From an uncultured bacterium (GTDB lineage Bacteria; Patescibacteriota; Dojkabacteria; J137), in the NCBI GenBank assembly GCA_963700155.1, contig OY969472.1:445511-509510 (forward strand): a stretch of DNA of 64,000 nt. The letters are read 5' to 3'. Made by a program: the position numbers and the translations under genes. Below are positions 26,901 through 36,991 of this stretch, piece by piece (the stretch's first letter is position 1; every line of letters starts with the position of its first letter). The notes below the pieces were generated by a model. The model saw only the letters and a program-made list of their open reading frames with translations. It was not told where the DNA came from and ran no database searches.

Positions 26901-29332
26901 CATCTACTACTTCTTCATGGAATGCAAATACCTGGTATCACATTGCAGCTACATACAATAAATCAACTATAAGATTATATGTCAATGGTACTTTACAAGG
27001 TAGCGCAACTACAAGCATAACCATAGAAAACACTAATAATGAATTTTATATTGGGAAAATGCATGGCTCGAGCTATGGTCAGGATTGGGGGGGTGATATT
27101 GGTGAAAGCTTATTTAAAGGAACTTTGGATAATCTTTATATTTATAACTATGCTAGAACTTCATCTCAAATTATTGAAGACATGAATGGAGGACATCCTA
27201 TTGGTGGGTCTCCTTTAGAATCTCCGGCAATACACTGGAAGATAGATGATATGCAAGGTGGGACTGCAAACAATTCTGGTAATTTAGGCTCTAGTTTTAA
27301 TGGGACTATCAGTGGTGGAGGTTGGCGAAATCATGATTCTTGTAAAGTTAATGGGTGCTACCAATTTACCGGTGCTAATGATTATATAGAAAAGACAGGA
27401 TCTACATTCTTTGATGGATTAACTACTATGACTGCCTCTTTATGGATTAAACCTCAAACATTTCTATTCCCTGATGATGCTATCTTAGCAAAAAGAGATG
27501 CATCAGATAATGGGTTTTTTATCTATACTGATCATTCAAATGGTTCTGCTCTAAGAGTTGGGATTTCTAATGGAGCAACAGATGTCAGTAATTATTGTAC
27601 AACTCCTACTGGAATACTAGCATTATCAACTTGGGCACATATTGCTGTAGTTTATGATGGTTCTCAAGATACTAATAACAGAATCAAAGTTTACAAGAAT
27701 GGGAATCTTGTAACTTGTACAGCCACTGGAACTATCCCTACTGCATTGCGAACTAGTACAGCACCTCTAAGACTAGGGAGAAGTGCTTTTGCTACACAGT
27801 ATGGCTATTATGATGAAGTAAAAATTTACAATGTAGCCTTAACTTCAGATCAGGTTAAGATTGATATGAATAATGGTGCATCTGAAAACTTTGGAAGTTC
27901 TGGAAGTAGTGAAGCTGCTCTGTTAGATGATGGAGCTGGAAATCCACCGGTGGGCGAATGGAAAATGGATGAAAATAGTGGCACAGTAGTGGCAGACACT
28001 AGTGGGAATGGCCATGCTGGATCAGTCAGCGGTACAACGACTTCAATCTGGCAGCAAGGCAAATACGGTTCGTCACTCAAGTTTAATGGGTCTAATAATT
28101 ATATAAGCTTTGGAAACTATCTGGGCCTAACTAATACACTTACAATCAGCATGTGGGTAAAACCTAGCTCATCTCAGGCTAATGCATATGCCACTATCCT
28201 GAGAAAATCAACCACAGCCAACACTGGGTATGGGATAGAGCAAAACAACACAACTACTAATCAATACTATTTCTGGTATGGGAATGGGTCTTCTTTAGAA
28301 TGCGCAACTACTTATTTTTCTCTAACCGCAGGAACCTGGCAGAATTTAGAAATTACAAAATCTGGAACAGCTATTATTATTTACATTAATGGTACCGCAG
28401 TAAACAGATGTACAGCAACGAGCGGTACTGTTGCTACTAACCCAGACTCCTTCACCTTAGGAAGCTACAGTGGAGGAAGTGCTAGGTGGTGGGCTGGGCA
28501 GCAAGACGATATTAAAATGTATGATTATGCACGTACTCAATCTCAAGTGGAGTATGACTACAATCGCGGTGCTCCTTTTGCTTGGTGGAAGCTAAATGAA
28601 TGCCAGGGGTCTACTGCTCATGACTCCACTGGTAATAATTACAACGGAACTATTACAATCACTGCAACCGGGGGTAATACTAATGGGATTGGAGATTGTA
28701 CAACGTCAACCAGTGCTTGGGGCTCAGGTGCCAGTGGAAAATATGGATCAAGTTTATTTTTTGATGGAAATGGTGACTATATTAATACAGGGAATTCTTT
28801 TGAAAAGACTTTTCAATCAAGTTATTCATTATCTATGTGGGTAAAACCAACAGATGGACACCCTAGTTCTCCTGGGTCAACTTTTATTGGTACAAGTAAA
28901 TCTTCAGGATCTTTAGTGAACTTAATTCTAGAATCTAATGGGAAACTTCGTTTACAATATGGTAATGAAACAAATTCTGTGAATGCAGAAACGGCAAATG
29001 CAATATTTAATGATGGACAAGTAACACAATGGACTCAAATAGTAGTGACAGCTAATGCAAATACAAATGGTCCAGATGGAGTTAAAATCTATTTAAACGG
29101 GGTAAAGCAGCAGCTAGGAACAAGTATTTATAGTGGAGATACAACAGGGCTTGATTTTTCTTTATATAGTAATACAAATAATGTCTATATTGGAGTTAGA
29201 GATTCACTAGGTTTTCCAACTACAAATTGGGTTAGTGGACCAATGGATGATATAAGAATCTATAATTATGCTTTATCATCAAATCAAATTCAACAACTTT
29301 ATAACAATGGAGCAGCATATTTCGGCTTATAG
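23858..29332 (+). CDS. Main body of the same giant surface protein: multiple Laminin_G_3/concanavalin-A-like lectin modules + Cys-containing delta-60-like propeller repeats (continuation after a +1 frameshift)
   Basis: Recurrent module ends match the LamG_3 terminal motif: L(D/S)DLRIYKRALSSSDV, LDEVKIYPYARSADQV, YDEVKIYNVALTSDQV, and so on. The ORF begins with a TTG at 23858 in frame +1 relative to the upstream fragment. The sequence ...TIDFVIARKF continues the jelly-roll started upstream. Confidence 0.75.
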   Translation: MQVQLQALADTTDTTIDFVIARKFSTTDPNLTLGSEEITPNPTADWSFDEGQGQVAYDKTSNSNNGQLGSTSGSDANDPTWETEDQCVIGKCLLFNGSSNYVSLTPNLQTISQITISAWFNTNTATFPNSFRMLFSSSSGSSYLALAYTGASPFVSFDIGGTQHALNSNFTPLLNHWYYVTATYDGNFIRIYVDGILRNTSAQYTGTLNGFTSGAMYIGKYIAPGYEFSGKLDEVKIYPYARSADQVKVDYNGGAEVLGDQTQAYLSNGLVGYWKMDENTWGTPDCSTNIVLDSSGNSNNGKACPNASGPTGAAAGKFGNGGLFDGSNDYVDTGTSYESTFQDSYTFAFWTKPTDGHPAATQILAGTNPATNNIVKIFLNTDGTLAYQYQNNSIGTVAQTASAVFSDGPQSSWTHIAIVADANINGIGGLKIYVNGQSATLDGAATGDTSGITFSTYTNSNNFYFGARNSNGSPQNYYAGSFDDLRIYKRALSSSDVLSLYNWAPGPVLNYNLDENTGTTAHDTSGFNNNGTLTNGATWNAGKYGSGVSFDGVNDYIDTPDSSSLSLNSQITIDGWIKLVSGMSTSSTQKQTIVDSVDYNLYLDNADGKAHFDLNDSTADSLLATTDWNLGAIYGFDGIVGTMAYFNGALYVAGSFNAICGNATCDSGNITAHHIAKWNGSSWTAVGYGVSSTVYSIQVYNGELYLGGAFSSICGNATCDSGNITTNRIAKWNGSSFSTVSYGFNSSVRTFVTYNGELYLGGNFTVICGNTACNSGNVTTNSITKWNGSSFSTVGYGMNNPVYTVSIYDGKLILGGAFSSICGNTACNSGNVTTNYVARWDGSTFSTFGFGMNANPNSFEIYNGTLYTGGNFTAICGNTACNSGNTNTNFIAKWNGSSWTAVSYGLYNPFGRVDTLGVYNGKLYVSGTFTGICNDAACSSVTSANDLAAWDGSSWSLVGNGIEIGRSISYFINYNGNLYFSTNASYLCGNSTCDSGNIPIYNFGQIGTTNVKTVTSTTSSWNANTWYHIAATYNKSTIRLYVNGTLQGSATTSITIENTNNEFYIGKMHGSSYGQDWGGDIGESLFKGTLDNLYIYNYARTSSQIIEDMNGGHPIGGSPLESPAIHWKIDDMQGGTANNSGNLGSSFNGTISGGGWRNHDSCKVNGCYQFTGANDYIEKTGSTFFDGLTTMTASLWIKPQTFLFPDDAILAKRDASDNGFFIYTDHSNGSALRVGISNGATDVSNYCTTPTGILALSTWAHIAVVYDGSQDTNNRIKVYKNGNLVTCTATGTIPTALRTSTAPLRLGRSAFATQYGYYDEVKIYNVALTSDQVKIDMNNGASENFGSSGSSEAALLDDGAGNPPVGEWKMDENSGTVVADTSGNGHAGSVSGTTTSIWQQGKYGSSLKFNGSNNYISFGNYLGLTNTLTISMWVKPSSSQANAYATILRKSTTANTGYGIEQNNTTTNQYYFWYGNGSSLECATTYFSLTAGTWQNLEITKSGTAIIIYINGTAVNRCTATSGTVATNPDSFTLGSYSGGSARWWAGQQDDIKMYDYARTQSQVEYDYNRGAPFAWWKLNECQGSTAHDSTGNNYNGTITITATGGNTNGIGDCTTSTSAWGSGASGKYGSSLFFDGNGDYINTGNSFEKTFQSSYSLSMWVKPTDGHPSSPGSTFIGTSKSSGSLVNLILESNGKLRLQYGNETNSVNAETANAIFNDGQVTQWTQIVVTANANTNGPDGVKIYLNGVKQQLGTSIYSGDTTGLDFSLYSNTNNVYIGVRDSLGFPTTNWVSGPMDDIRIYNYALSSNQIQQLYNNGAAYFGL
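25780..26880 (+). repeat. ~8 tandem ~50-aa coding repeats (delta-60 / beta-propeller-like, each with a CGN(A/T)(T/A)C(D/N)SGN insert)
   Basis: (A/S)ICGNATCDSGNIT...IAKWNGSSWTAVGYG...V(Y/F)...YNGELYLGG(A/N)F(S/T) recurs about 8 times. The (A/T)KWNGS(S/T)(W/F)(S/T) units resemble the delta-60 repeat (IAKWDGSSWSALG). Confidence 0.65.
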
Positions 29333-29355
29333 TAATAATATATTGAATATTAGAA

Positions 29356-32300
29356 ATGAGTAAAAATTTGAAAAAAATAACAAAGAACATAATTAAAATA
29401 AGAAAAAAGATTTCTAATTCGTCTTTTTACATAAAAAGATTCTCTCCTCTGAAGAATAAATTTTATAATTGCATTTTTAATATAAAAACCTGGGCTTTTA
29501 AAAACAGACGTCATCAATTTTTAAGTATTTTATTAATTTTACTATTCTTTTTACCCATTGCCTCAGTTATAACTACACTTTTATCAACACCTGTACAAGC
29601 AGCATGGTTTAATGAAAATTGGCAATACAGACAAAGACTTGATATTACAATAACATCATCTAGTAGTGATATCTCGAATTTACAAATGTATTTTACAGTT
29701 AATACATCTGTACTTATATCAACTGAAAAACTTCAATCTTCGTGTCAAGATTTACGTTTTACAAGTGTTTCGGGACGGCTTCTGCAATATTATATAGATT
29801 CTGGATGTAACACAACAGCTACAAAAATTTGGGTAATGGCGGACTTAATTCCTAAAAATACAACTACTTATCAAATATATATGTACTATGGAAATCCAGC
29901 GGCATCAGCTGGATCAGAATCAGGCTATTTTGATAATGTAGTTGGATTAGCAGCTTATTGGACTTTTAATGATGGAAGTGGTATCAGTGTTGCTGATTCT
30001 TCAAAAAATGCATTTACAGCAACAATAAATACTGGAACCTTTACAACCGGTAAGTTCGGGACAGCTTTAAGTAAAAACGGTTCAGGGCAAGGGGCAACTG
30101 CTACATATGGAGCAGGAAGTGATTTAGACTTCCCGGCAAATACACAAGTTACTGTAGAATTTTGGTTGAACTCACCTACTTCTCACACCAGCCGTCTTAT
30201 TAATGCTATTGCATCTGGAGGATTAAATGTCCCAAATATTGGTACAGCTTTGTACTTTGGGGTATTTTCCGGTAATACTGTAACTTTTAATAGTGCCATC
30301 TCCTATGATGGAGCGTGGCACCATTATGCCTTAAGTTATAATGGTACAAGTGTAAGTTACTATAAAGACGGTTCTTTTGTATCTAGTCAAAACCTTGCAG
30401 CTAATTGGACAACAGGCTCAAAGACTTTTTACCTTGGTGGAGATGCTTCATATCCTTTAAATGGAGCACTTGATGATGTTAAAGTTTATCGAACAAGTAG
30501 AAATTCAACACAAATACTTGCTGATTTCAATAATACCAGTTGTGGAGGATTGGTATGCACAATTGCAACATCACCTGTTGGCACAGTTAATCCTAGTTCA
30601 GTTTCTTTTAACTCTGAAGAAATTGGCCCTGGTCCAGTTGCAAATTGGGGTCTCGATGAAGGGTATGGAGATAGTTCTACAGGAAATGGTCCTGTTGCAT
30701 ATTGGAACCTAGATGAAAATACTAACATAACAGCTACTGATTTGAGTGGGAATGGTAATACTGGAACATTAACTGGCAGTCCAACATGGGTAAGTGGAAT
30801 ATATAATTCTAGTGTAAATTTTAATGGTAGTAGTAATTATATAACAATAAATAATTCCACCTCTTTAAATATTAGAGCTCCAATAACTTTATCTGCCTGG
30901 ATTTACCCTACATCAACTGCTTCATTTCAAAATGTAATATCTAAAAGAAATACCACTTCTCCTTATTCACTGCGAATTAATAACGGAACAAATCTTGAAT
31001 ACTATTTTCATGACGGGACAGCTTACCGTGAATATATTAAAACTGGAGTTATAAAACTAAATACATGGCAGTTTGTTGCTGCAACAAATGATGGTACTAA
31101 TATTAATTTATATGTAAATGGGGTTAATGTCTTATCAACTACTACACCATATACCCCTGCTACAACTACAGATACTATTCAAATAAGTGGTTGGCACGGT
31201 ATAAATGAATTGTTTTCAGGGTCAATTGATGATGTGAAAATTTATAATTACGCCAGAAGTGCCAATCAGGTTATTGAAGACATGAATAGAGATGTCCATT
31301 CTAATGGTACAGCAGGAAAAAGTGCTTATGGATTTAACTACGGTGCTACTTGGCAGACTGAAGATCAATGTGTTGTAAGAAAATGTTTAAGCTTTAATGG
31401 TACTAGTAACTATGTATCTCTTTATCCTAACTTACAAACAACTAGTAAAATTACAATTTCATCATGGATTAATACAAGAACTTTATCATTACCATCTAAC
31501 TTTAGAATGATTTTTTCTTCTTCAGATGGAGCATCATACCTTGCACTTGTAACAAATGGTTTAGCAACTCCTTTTGTCTCATTTGATATTGGGGGAACTC
31601 AACGAGCTCTAAATTCTAATTTTATTCCTAAAATAAATCATTGGTACTATGTTACCGCTACATATGATGGTAATTATATAAGAATTTATGTAGATGGAAT
31701 CCTTCGTAATACTAGTGCACAATATGTAGGTTCCTTAGCAGGATTTAGCTCTGGTTCAATGTACATAGGCAAATATTTAGCAGCTGGATATGAATTTAGC
31801 GGTAAACTAGATGAATTAAAAATTTATCCTTATGCGAGAACAGATGATCAAATAAAAAGTGATTACAATTCAGCTGCAGAGTTGCTTGGAAAACAAAATC
31901 AAACTTATTTAAGTAATGATTTAGTAGGGTATTGGAAGATGGATGAATCATCTTGGAATAATAATTGCTCTACTACCTCTGTAATCGATTCTTCTGGTAA
32001 TGGATTTAATGGTAAATCATGTCCTAATGGTAGTGGACCTACTGGAGGTGCAGTAGGTAAGTTTGGCAATGCTGGATATTTTGATGGAGTTAATGACTAT
32101 GTTGAAGTAGCTGATAATGATTTATTGGATCCTGCTAATGCAATTACAGTCGCTATGTGGTTTAGACCAGACCAGACACTTGTTGATTTTCAGGCAGTTC
32201 TTGGGAAAGGAGGAGGGGCTTCCTTCGAGAAAGGGTATGAATTTGCAACAAGCAACGATCAATTTGGTTTCTGGGTCAATGGTAATACCCATATTGCAAC

Positions 32301-35300
32301 TACAACAAAACCAGCTAATGGGGAACTAACTTTTTGGGTAGGTACCTATGATGGTAAGACTATCAAACTTTACAAAAATGGATCACTTGTAAGTAGTACT
32401 AATTATGTTGGAACAATTACTAATACAACCTTACCATTCAGGATTGGGAGACCTGCAGAAGATGGTGGTAATAATCTTTATGTTCAAGGAATGTTTGATG
32501 ATGTGAGAGTATACAATAGAGCATTTACTCAAGCTGAAATTACAAGTTTATATAACTGGGCGCCTGGACCAATAGAGTATCTAAAATTCGATGAGAATAC
32601 AGGATCATCGATTAATGACAGTAGTGGAAATAATAATAAAGGAACTTGGAATGGAACATTAGGCTCACAATGGAGTACAGGAAAAGTTGGAACTGCAGGT
32701 GAATTCAATGGTACAGATAACTATGTAAATATCTCTGATTCTTCGACTCTAGATATAACCGGAGACATGACATTAAGCACATGGATAAAACCAAATGCAA
32801 CACAAAATGCATCTGCAGATATTATAAGTAAACATGGGAACGGAGGATTCCTTATCGAGCAAAATAACACAACAAATAATCAATATTATTTTGGTTGGGA
32901 TAGTACTGGATCCGGCGGTTGGAATTGCTTAACAACATACTTTAGTTTAACAGGAGGAGTATGGCAGCATTTAGAAATAGTTAAAAGTGGAGCTGTTGCC
33001 AAATATTATATAAACGGAGTTTCAACTGGAAGTTGTACAGGAACTAATCAAGCAATTTCTGCAAATTCTTTAGCATTAAAAATAGGTTCATGGAGTTCTT
33101 CTGGCAATAGATTCTGGAATGGATTAATTGATGATTTTAAATTTTACAATTATGCTCGAACATCTGGACAGGTAGTTGAAGATATGAATGGAGGGCATCC
33201 TGTAGGTGGCTCGCCCATAGCCTCTCAAGCTATTTACTACAACTTTGATGAAGGGAATGGGAACACCGCAGCAAGCTCTAATCCAGTTGCTTACTGGAGA
33301 TTTGATGAAAATACAGGAACTATAGCAACAGATTCCGGGAGCGGTGGTCATAATGGAACACTTACTAATAGTCCGTCTTGGATTAAAGGAGTTTATGAAT
33401 CAGCCTTAAATTTTACTGCAGCACTTAATCAAAATGTAACAACATCATCAGTTGTATCTAGTGCTACTACAAATATTACAATGGAGACATGGGTATATTG
33501 GACGAACGGCCCAACTGGGAATTCTACTTTCTACTATAATGGGAACTCTGGATCAAACGGATATGGTCTTAAGTTGAATAACGGATCAGGATCAGCAGGA
33601 AATAAAGTAACAGTAATACTTGGAGGTTTAGCATTTGATGTTACAAGCAGCACTTTGGTACTTACTCCTAAAGTCTGGACACATATTGCACTTACTCGAA
33701 GTGGTACCACATGGACTCTTTATAAAAATGGAATTCTTGACAGCATTGGAACAACAAATCCAGGCACCCCAACTACAAGTACTATTATTGGGAGTGGATT
33801 CGATGGTATTCTTGACGATTCAAAATTTTATAATTATGCTCGTACACCAGCTCAAATAATTGAAGATATGAACCGAGATGTGCATAACAATGGATTTTTG
33901 GGAAGTACTGATAATGCATTTAATTATGGAGGAACATGGAATTCTGGATCAAGTTGCAAAGTTAACGGATGCTTAGATATAGACTCTGCTACTGATTACG
34001 TCACTCCAGGAGATATTTCACTTACTGATGGATTAACTCAAATGAGCATTAGTATGTGGATCAATCCAGCTATTACTGCAAATTCTGAAATAATCGGGAA
34101 GTGGGGAGATACTTCAACTACTTCTAATTTTCTTGTACGAACAAACAGCCCTGGAAGTGAGATTGTTGTATTCATTGCTTCTTCATTAAGTGATAATGGG
34201 TCTAATTATTTCTATACAACAGATTTGAATCTATCTAATGGTGTTTGGACCAAACTACAAATTATATATGATGGGACACAAAATGCGACGAATAGGATAA
34301 CAATCTATAGTAATGGAAGAAAAGTAAATGGTGGTTACATTGGAACTATTCCAACATCTATGACTTCCGGAAGCACTTCAAACTTAAAGTTAGGAGATGC
34401 AGATTTTAGTGTATTTACAGCATTGCCAGCTAAATATGATGATCTTAAAATATATAATACAGCTATTACAGCAGAACAGGCTCAAATTGACCTGAATTCA
34501 GGATATAGTGAAAACTTTGGAGTCGGTGCGCCGTCTGAAGCAAGTTTGCTTTCAGACGGCGCAGGTAATTCTCCTACCAGATATTGGAACCTTGACAGCA
34601 ACACAGGAACTACTGCTTATGATATTTCAGGAAATAATAGCAATGGAAGTTTTGTTGGAACACCTGTTTGGACTCCAGGCAAGTATGGATCCAGTTTAAC
34701 TTTTGCTGATGGACAGGATATTAATGTACCTGATTACTCACTCGCAGGTGCTTTTACAATGCAGTATTGGTATAAGACAAATGACACAACATCTGTAAAA
34801 ATATCCCTTGGAGAAGATAGTGGTACTTCAGGAGGTGGTCCCAAAATAGGTATCTCAAGCAGTACATTTTTTGTGCGTATAATTAGCAGTACTGATAGTA
34901 CTATTAATGGGAAAACCGACGGTAAATGGCATTTCGTTTCCATTACCCGTAATGCTAGTGACAAAGTAGATTTATATCTAGATGGTGGCACGGCAAATAG
35001 ACTTTTTTCTGATACTGCTCAAACAGGTACTTTTACTTTATCTAATCTTGGTTCAAATAGCGATAACAGTCAGAACTTTATAGGAACCTTAGATGATGTA
35101 AAAGTTTACGATTATGCTCGTACTCAAGCCCAACTAGCATATGATTACAATCGCGGCGCTCCAGTGGGGTGGTGGTGGCTTGATGAATGTCAAGGATCAA
35201 CCGCTTATGATGCTTCAGGCAATGGAAATAATGGAGCAATAACAATCGGAACTGGAGCTGGGACAGGCCATATTGATTCTGTAGGAAATTGTACTACTTC

Positions 35301-35889
35301 TGGAACTGCTTGGTATAACGGTTTGAATGGTAAATTCAATTCTAGTTTAAGCTTTGATGGGATAGATGATTATGTGAGTATGACAGCTTCTCTTAGTAGT
35401 TTTAGCAGTCTTTCGACTGGTACAATTACAGGGTGGTTTAAGAGAGCGAATACAAGTAATAGAGATATTATTTTCAGTTTAGGAGAATCTTCAACAAACG
35501 ATCGTTTTACTCTCGAGATTAATGTTGCATCAAACCAATTTTTCAGAGTTTTAGCTAGAGAAGCAAATAGTAATGTTTTAGACATTTATTCAACAAAAAC
35601 ATATGATGATACTTCTTGGCATAATTTTGCAGTTGTTAATGACAATACAAGTACTATAAAAGTATATATCGATGGTTTATTACAAACTACGATTGGGACA
35701 CAATCAAATAGTTGGTTTAATACTGTCACAAGTAAAGATTACATGAATATTGGAAAAGATACAATTGGTTTATTTTCAGGGCAAATTGATGACTTTAGAA
35801 TCTACAATTATGCACTGTCTGCAGATCAAATCAAGCAAGTTTACAACGGTGCATCTGTATTTTTTGGTCCAACATCAGGTACTCCATAA
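29356..35889 (+). CDS. Giant surface protein (2177 aa): basic cytoplasmic tail + signal-anchor TM + DUF2341 + ~10 Laminin_G_3/concanavalin-A-like lectin modules; intact paralogue of 22780-29332
   Basis: Continuous ORF. Its N-terminus is paralogous to 22780. Several modules are about 70-75% identical to those of 23858-29332 (for example WQTEDQCVVRKCLSFNGTSNYVSL... versus WETEDQCVIGKCLLFNGSSNYVSL...). It has repeated ...DD(V/F)K(I/V)YNYAR(S/T)..Q(V/I) module endings. Confidence 0.8.
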   Translation: MSKNLKKITKNIIKIRKKISNSSFYIKRFSPLKNKFYNCIFNIKTWAFKNRRHQFLSILLILLFFLPIASVITTLLSTPVQAAWFNENWQYRQRLDITITSSSSDISNLQMYFTVNTSVLISTEKLQSSCQDLRFTSVSGRLLQYYIDSGCNTTATKIWVMADLIPKNTTTYQIYMYYGNPAASAGSESGYFDNVVGLAAYWTFNDGSGISVADSSKNAFTATINTGTFTTGKFGTALSKNGSGQGATATYGAGSDLDFPANTQVTVEFWLNSPTSHTSRLINAIASGGLNVPNIGTALYFGVFSGNTVTFNSAISYDGAWHHYALSYNGTSVSYYKDGSFVSSQNLAANWTTGSKTFYLGGDASYPLNGALDDVKVYRTSRNSTQILADFNNTSCGGLVCTIATSPVGTVNPSSVSFNSEEIGPGPVANWGLDEGYGDSSTGNGPVAYWNLDENTNITATDLSGNGNTGTLTGSPTWVSGIYNSSVNFNGSSNYITINNSTSLNIRAPITLSAWIYPTSTASFQNVISKRNTTSPYSLRINNGTNLEYYFHDGTAYREYIKTGVIKLNTWQFVAATNDGTNINLYVNGVNVLSTTTPYTPATTTDTIQISGWHGINELFSGSIDDVKIYNYARSANQVIEDMNRDVHSNGTAGKSAYGFNYGATWQTEDQCVVRKCLSFNGTSNYVSLYPNLQTTSKITISSWINTRTLSLPSNFRMIFSSSDGASYLALVTNGLATPFVSFDIGGTQRALNSNFIPKINHWYYVTATYDGNYIRIYVDGILRNTSAQYVGSLAGFSSGSMYIGKYLAAGYEFSGKLDELKIYPYARTDDQIKSDYNSAAELLGKQNQTYLSNDLVGYWKMDESSWNNNCSTTSVIDSSGNGFNGKSCPNGSGPTGGAVGKFGNAGYFDGVNDYVEVADNDLLDPANAITVAMWFRPDQTLVDFQAVLGKGGGASFEKGYEFATSNDQFGFWVNGNTHIATTTKPANGELTFWVGTYDGKTIKLYKNGSLVSSTNYVGTITNTTLPFRIGRPAEDGGNNLYVQGMFDDVRVYNRAFTQAEITSLYNWAPGPIEYLKFDENTGSSINDSSGNNNKGTWNGTLGSQWSTGKVGTAGEFNGTDNYVNISDSSTLDITGDMTLSTWIKPNATQNASADIISKHGNGGFLIEQNNTTNNQYYFGWDSTGSGGWNCLTTYFSLTGGVWQHLEIVKSGAVAKYYINGVSTGSCTGTNQAISANSLALKIGSWSSSGNRFWNGLIDDFKFYNYARTSGQVVEDMNGGHPVGGSPIASQAIYYNFDEGNGNTAASSNPVAYWRFDENTGTIATDSGSGGHNGTLTNSPSWIKGVYESALNFTAALNQNVTTSSVVSSATTNITMETWVYWTNGPTGNSTFYYNGNSGSNGYGLKLNNGSGSAGNKVTVILGGLAFDVTSSTLVLTPKVWTHIALTRSGTTWTLYKNGILDSIGTTNPGTPTTSTIIGSGFDGILDDSKFYNYARTPAQIIEDMNRDVHNNGFLGSTDNAFNYGGTWNSGSSCKVNGCLDIDSATDYVTPGDISLTDGLTQMSISMWINPAITANSEIIGKWGDTSTTSNFLVRTNSPGSEIVVFIASSLSDNGSNYFYTTDLNLSNGVWTKLQIIYDGTQNATNRITIYSNGRKVNGGYIGTIPTSMTSGSTSNLKLGDADFSVFTALPAKYDDLKIYNTAITAEQAQIDLNSGYSENFGVGAPSEASLLSDGAGNSPTRYWNLDSNTGTTAYDISGNNSNGSFVGTPVWTPGKYGSSLTFADGQDINVPDYSLAGAFTMQYWYKTNDTTSVKISLGEDSGTSGGGPKIGISSSTFFVRIISSTDSTINGKTDGKWHFVSITRNASDKVDLYLDGGTANRLFSDTAQTGTFTLSNLGSNSDNSQNFIGTLDDVKVYDYARTQAQLAYDYNRGAPVGWWWLDECQGSTAYDASGNGNNGAITIGTGAGTGHIDSVGNCTTSGTAWYNGLNGKFNSSLSFDGIDDYVSMTASLSSFSSLSTGTITGWFKRANTSNRDIIFSLGESSTNDRFTLEINVASNQFFRVLAREANSNVLDIYSTKTYDDTSWHNFAVVNDNTSTIKVYIDGLLQTTIGTQSNSWFNTVTSKDYMNIGKDTIGLFSGQIDDFRIYNYALSADQIKQVYNGASVFFGPTSGTP

Positions 35890-35987
35890 ATTATATGAAT
35901 TTAAAATGAATTTAGGATTCTAAGGTTGAATTAATCTCATCTTTAATATATGCTAATACTTACATATTAATATTTAGTAATTTTTGT

Positions 35988-36707
35988 ATGAATCCACAAA
36001 GTCCATTACAGCAGAATCAAAATTCTCAACATAATTTTTCTCAGCAACAAGTGATGCCTCCAAATCAGGCTAAAAAAGGAAGGAAGTCTTTCTTAAAAAG
36101 AATCTGGAATACCAAAAGTGTTTTAATTATTGTTGCTATTTTACAGATCATCATCATTGTTTTAATTCTGAATCCAGTTGCATTAGTTCAGCAATATCAA
36201 AATCAGCAGATTATAAATGAAGTTGCAGCAAAAACAGCAGTCAACACTGCCGAGAGTCCAGTAATTGCCACAATTACTAATGCAGATCAACTAAGAAGTG
36301 CGAACGCTGCTCAAGCACAGGTCTATAAAGATGCACAGAACGGAGATTATGTTCTAGGATATTCAGATAAAATGATAATTTATAGAAGAGGTACTGGAGA
36401 AGTAATTTATAATGGTGATAATCCTAATGATTTAGTAACACATACTCAAGAGAAATTAGTAAGTGATATTGTAGATAAAGCTAAAAAACAGAATCTAATC
36501 TCATCAGATTCTACTGAAACACCTCAAATATCAATAATTACTGATGTAAAAAGTTTACAAACTGCAAACCCTGATTTTTATAGCATAGCTAGGAATAATG
36601 ACATTGTTGCTTTATTTCCACAAGAACAATTAATTGTTTTGTATAATCAAGAAACAAGCACAATAGTAAATTCTGGTAAATATTCAACCAATATTTCAAA
36701 TCTTTAA
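35988..36707 (+). CDS. Single-pass membrane protein with Q/N-rich cytoplasmic N-terminus and two copies of the novel ~45-aa repeat seen in 17009-17380
   Basis: The TM is VLIIVAILQIIIIVLIL. Repeat 1 is PVIATITNADQLRSANAAQAQVYKDAQNGDYVLGYSDKMIIYRRGTGEVIYN. Repeat 2 is PQISIITDVKSLQTANPDFYSIARNNDIVALFPQEQLIVLYNQETSTIVN. Confidence 0.55.
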   Translation: MNPQSPLQQNQNSQHNFSQQQVMPPNQAKKGRKSFLKRIWNTKSVLIIVAILQIIIIVLILNPVALVQQYQNQQIINEVAAKTAVNTAESPVIATITNADQLRSANAAQAQVYKDAQNGDYVLGYSDKMIIYRRGTGEVIYNGDNPNDLVTHTQEKLVSDIVDKAKKQNLISSDSTETPQISIITDVKSLQTANPDFYSIARNNDIVALFPQEQLIVLYNQETSTIVNSGKYSTNISNL

Positions 36708-36712
36708 TAATT

Positions 36713-36755
36713 AAAAGGGAAAAATAGCTCAAAATTGAGCTATTTTTCCCTTTAT
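36713..36755 (+). terminator. Stem-loop terminator after the surface island (AAAGGGAAAAATAGCTC-aaaatt-GAGCTATTTTTCCCTTT)
   Basis: A 17-bp perfect inverted repeat sits immediately downstream of the stop at 36707. There is a T-run within the 3' arm, but no long T-tract after the stem. Confidence 0.5.
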
Positions 36756-36991
36756 AAGCCATTTTTGTCAAAAACATTCTTTTTTAGTAAAAAATCTGTT
36801 TCCAACTATGGACATTCCTTATTAAATATGCTATAAATCTAGCACGTCTTTTTTCAGTAGAATTATTTTGAACAAATTCACTATTAATCTCTTTAAAATC
36901 CAAAAAATATAAAATTTATAGGGTGTGAACACTAAGGTAAGTTTGCGCCCTTTTTCTATTTATAATTTAATTAAATACATTATTAAATATA

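Noticed and set aside
36925-36991. GTG start at 36925 for rpoB (as in the ORF track)
   Set aside because: The extra 22 residues (MNTKVSLRPFSIYNLIKYIIKY) are unlike any RpoB N-terminus. The first ATG at 36992 (MASLTKRITLSK...) begins the conserved region, so I prefer 36992. The call remains uncertain without RBS or TSS data.
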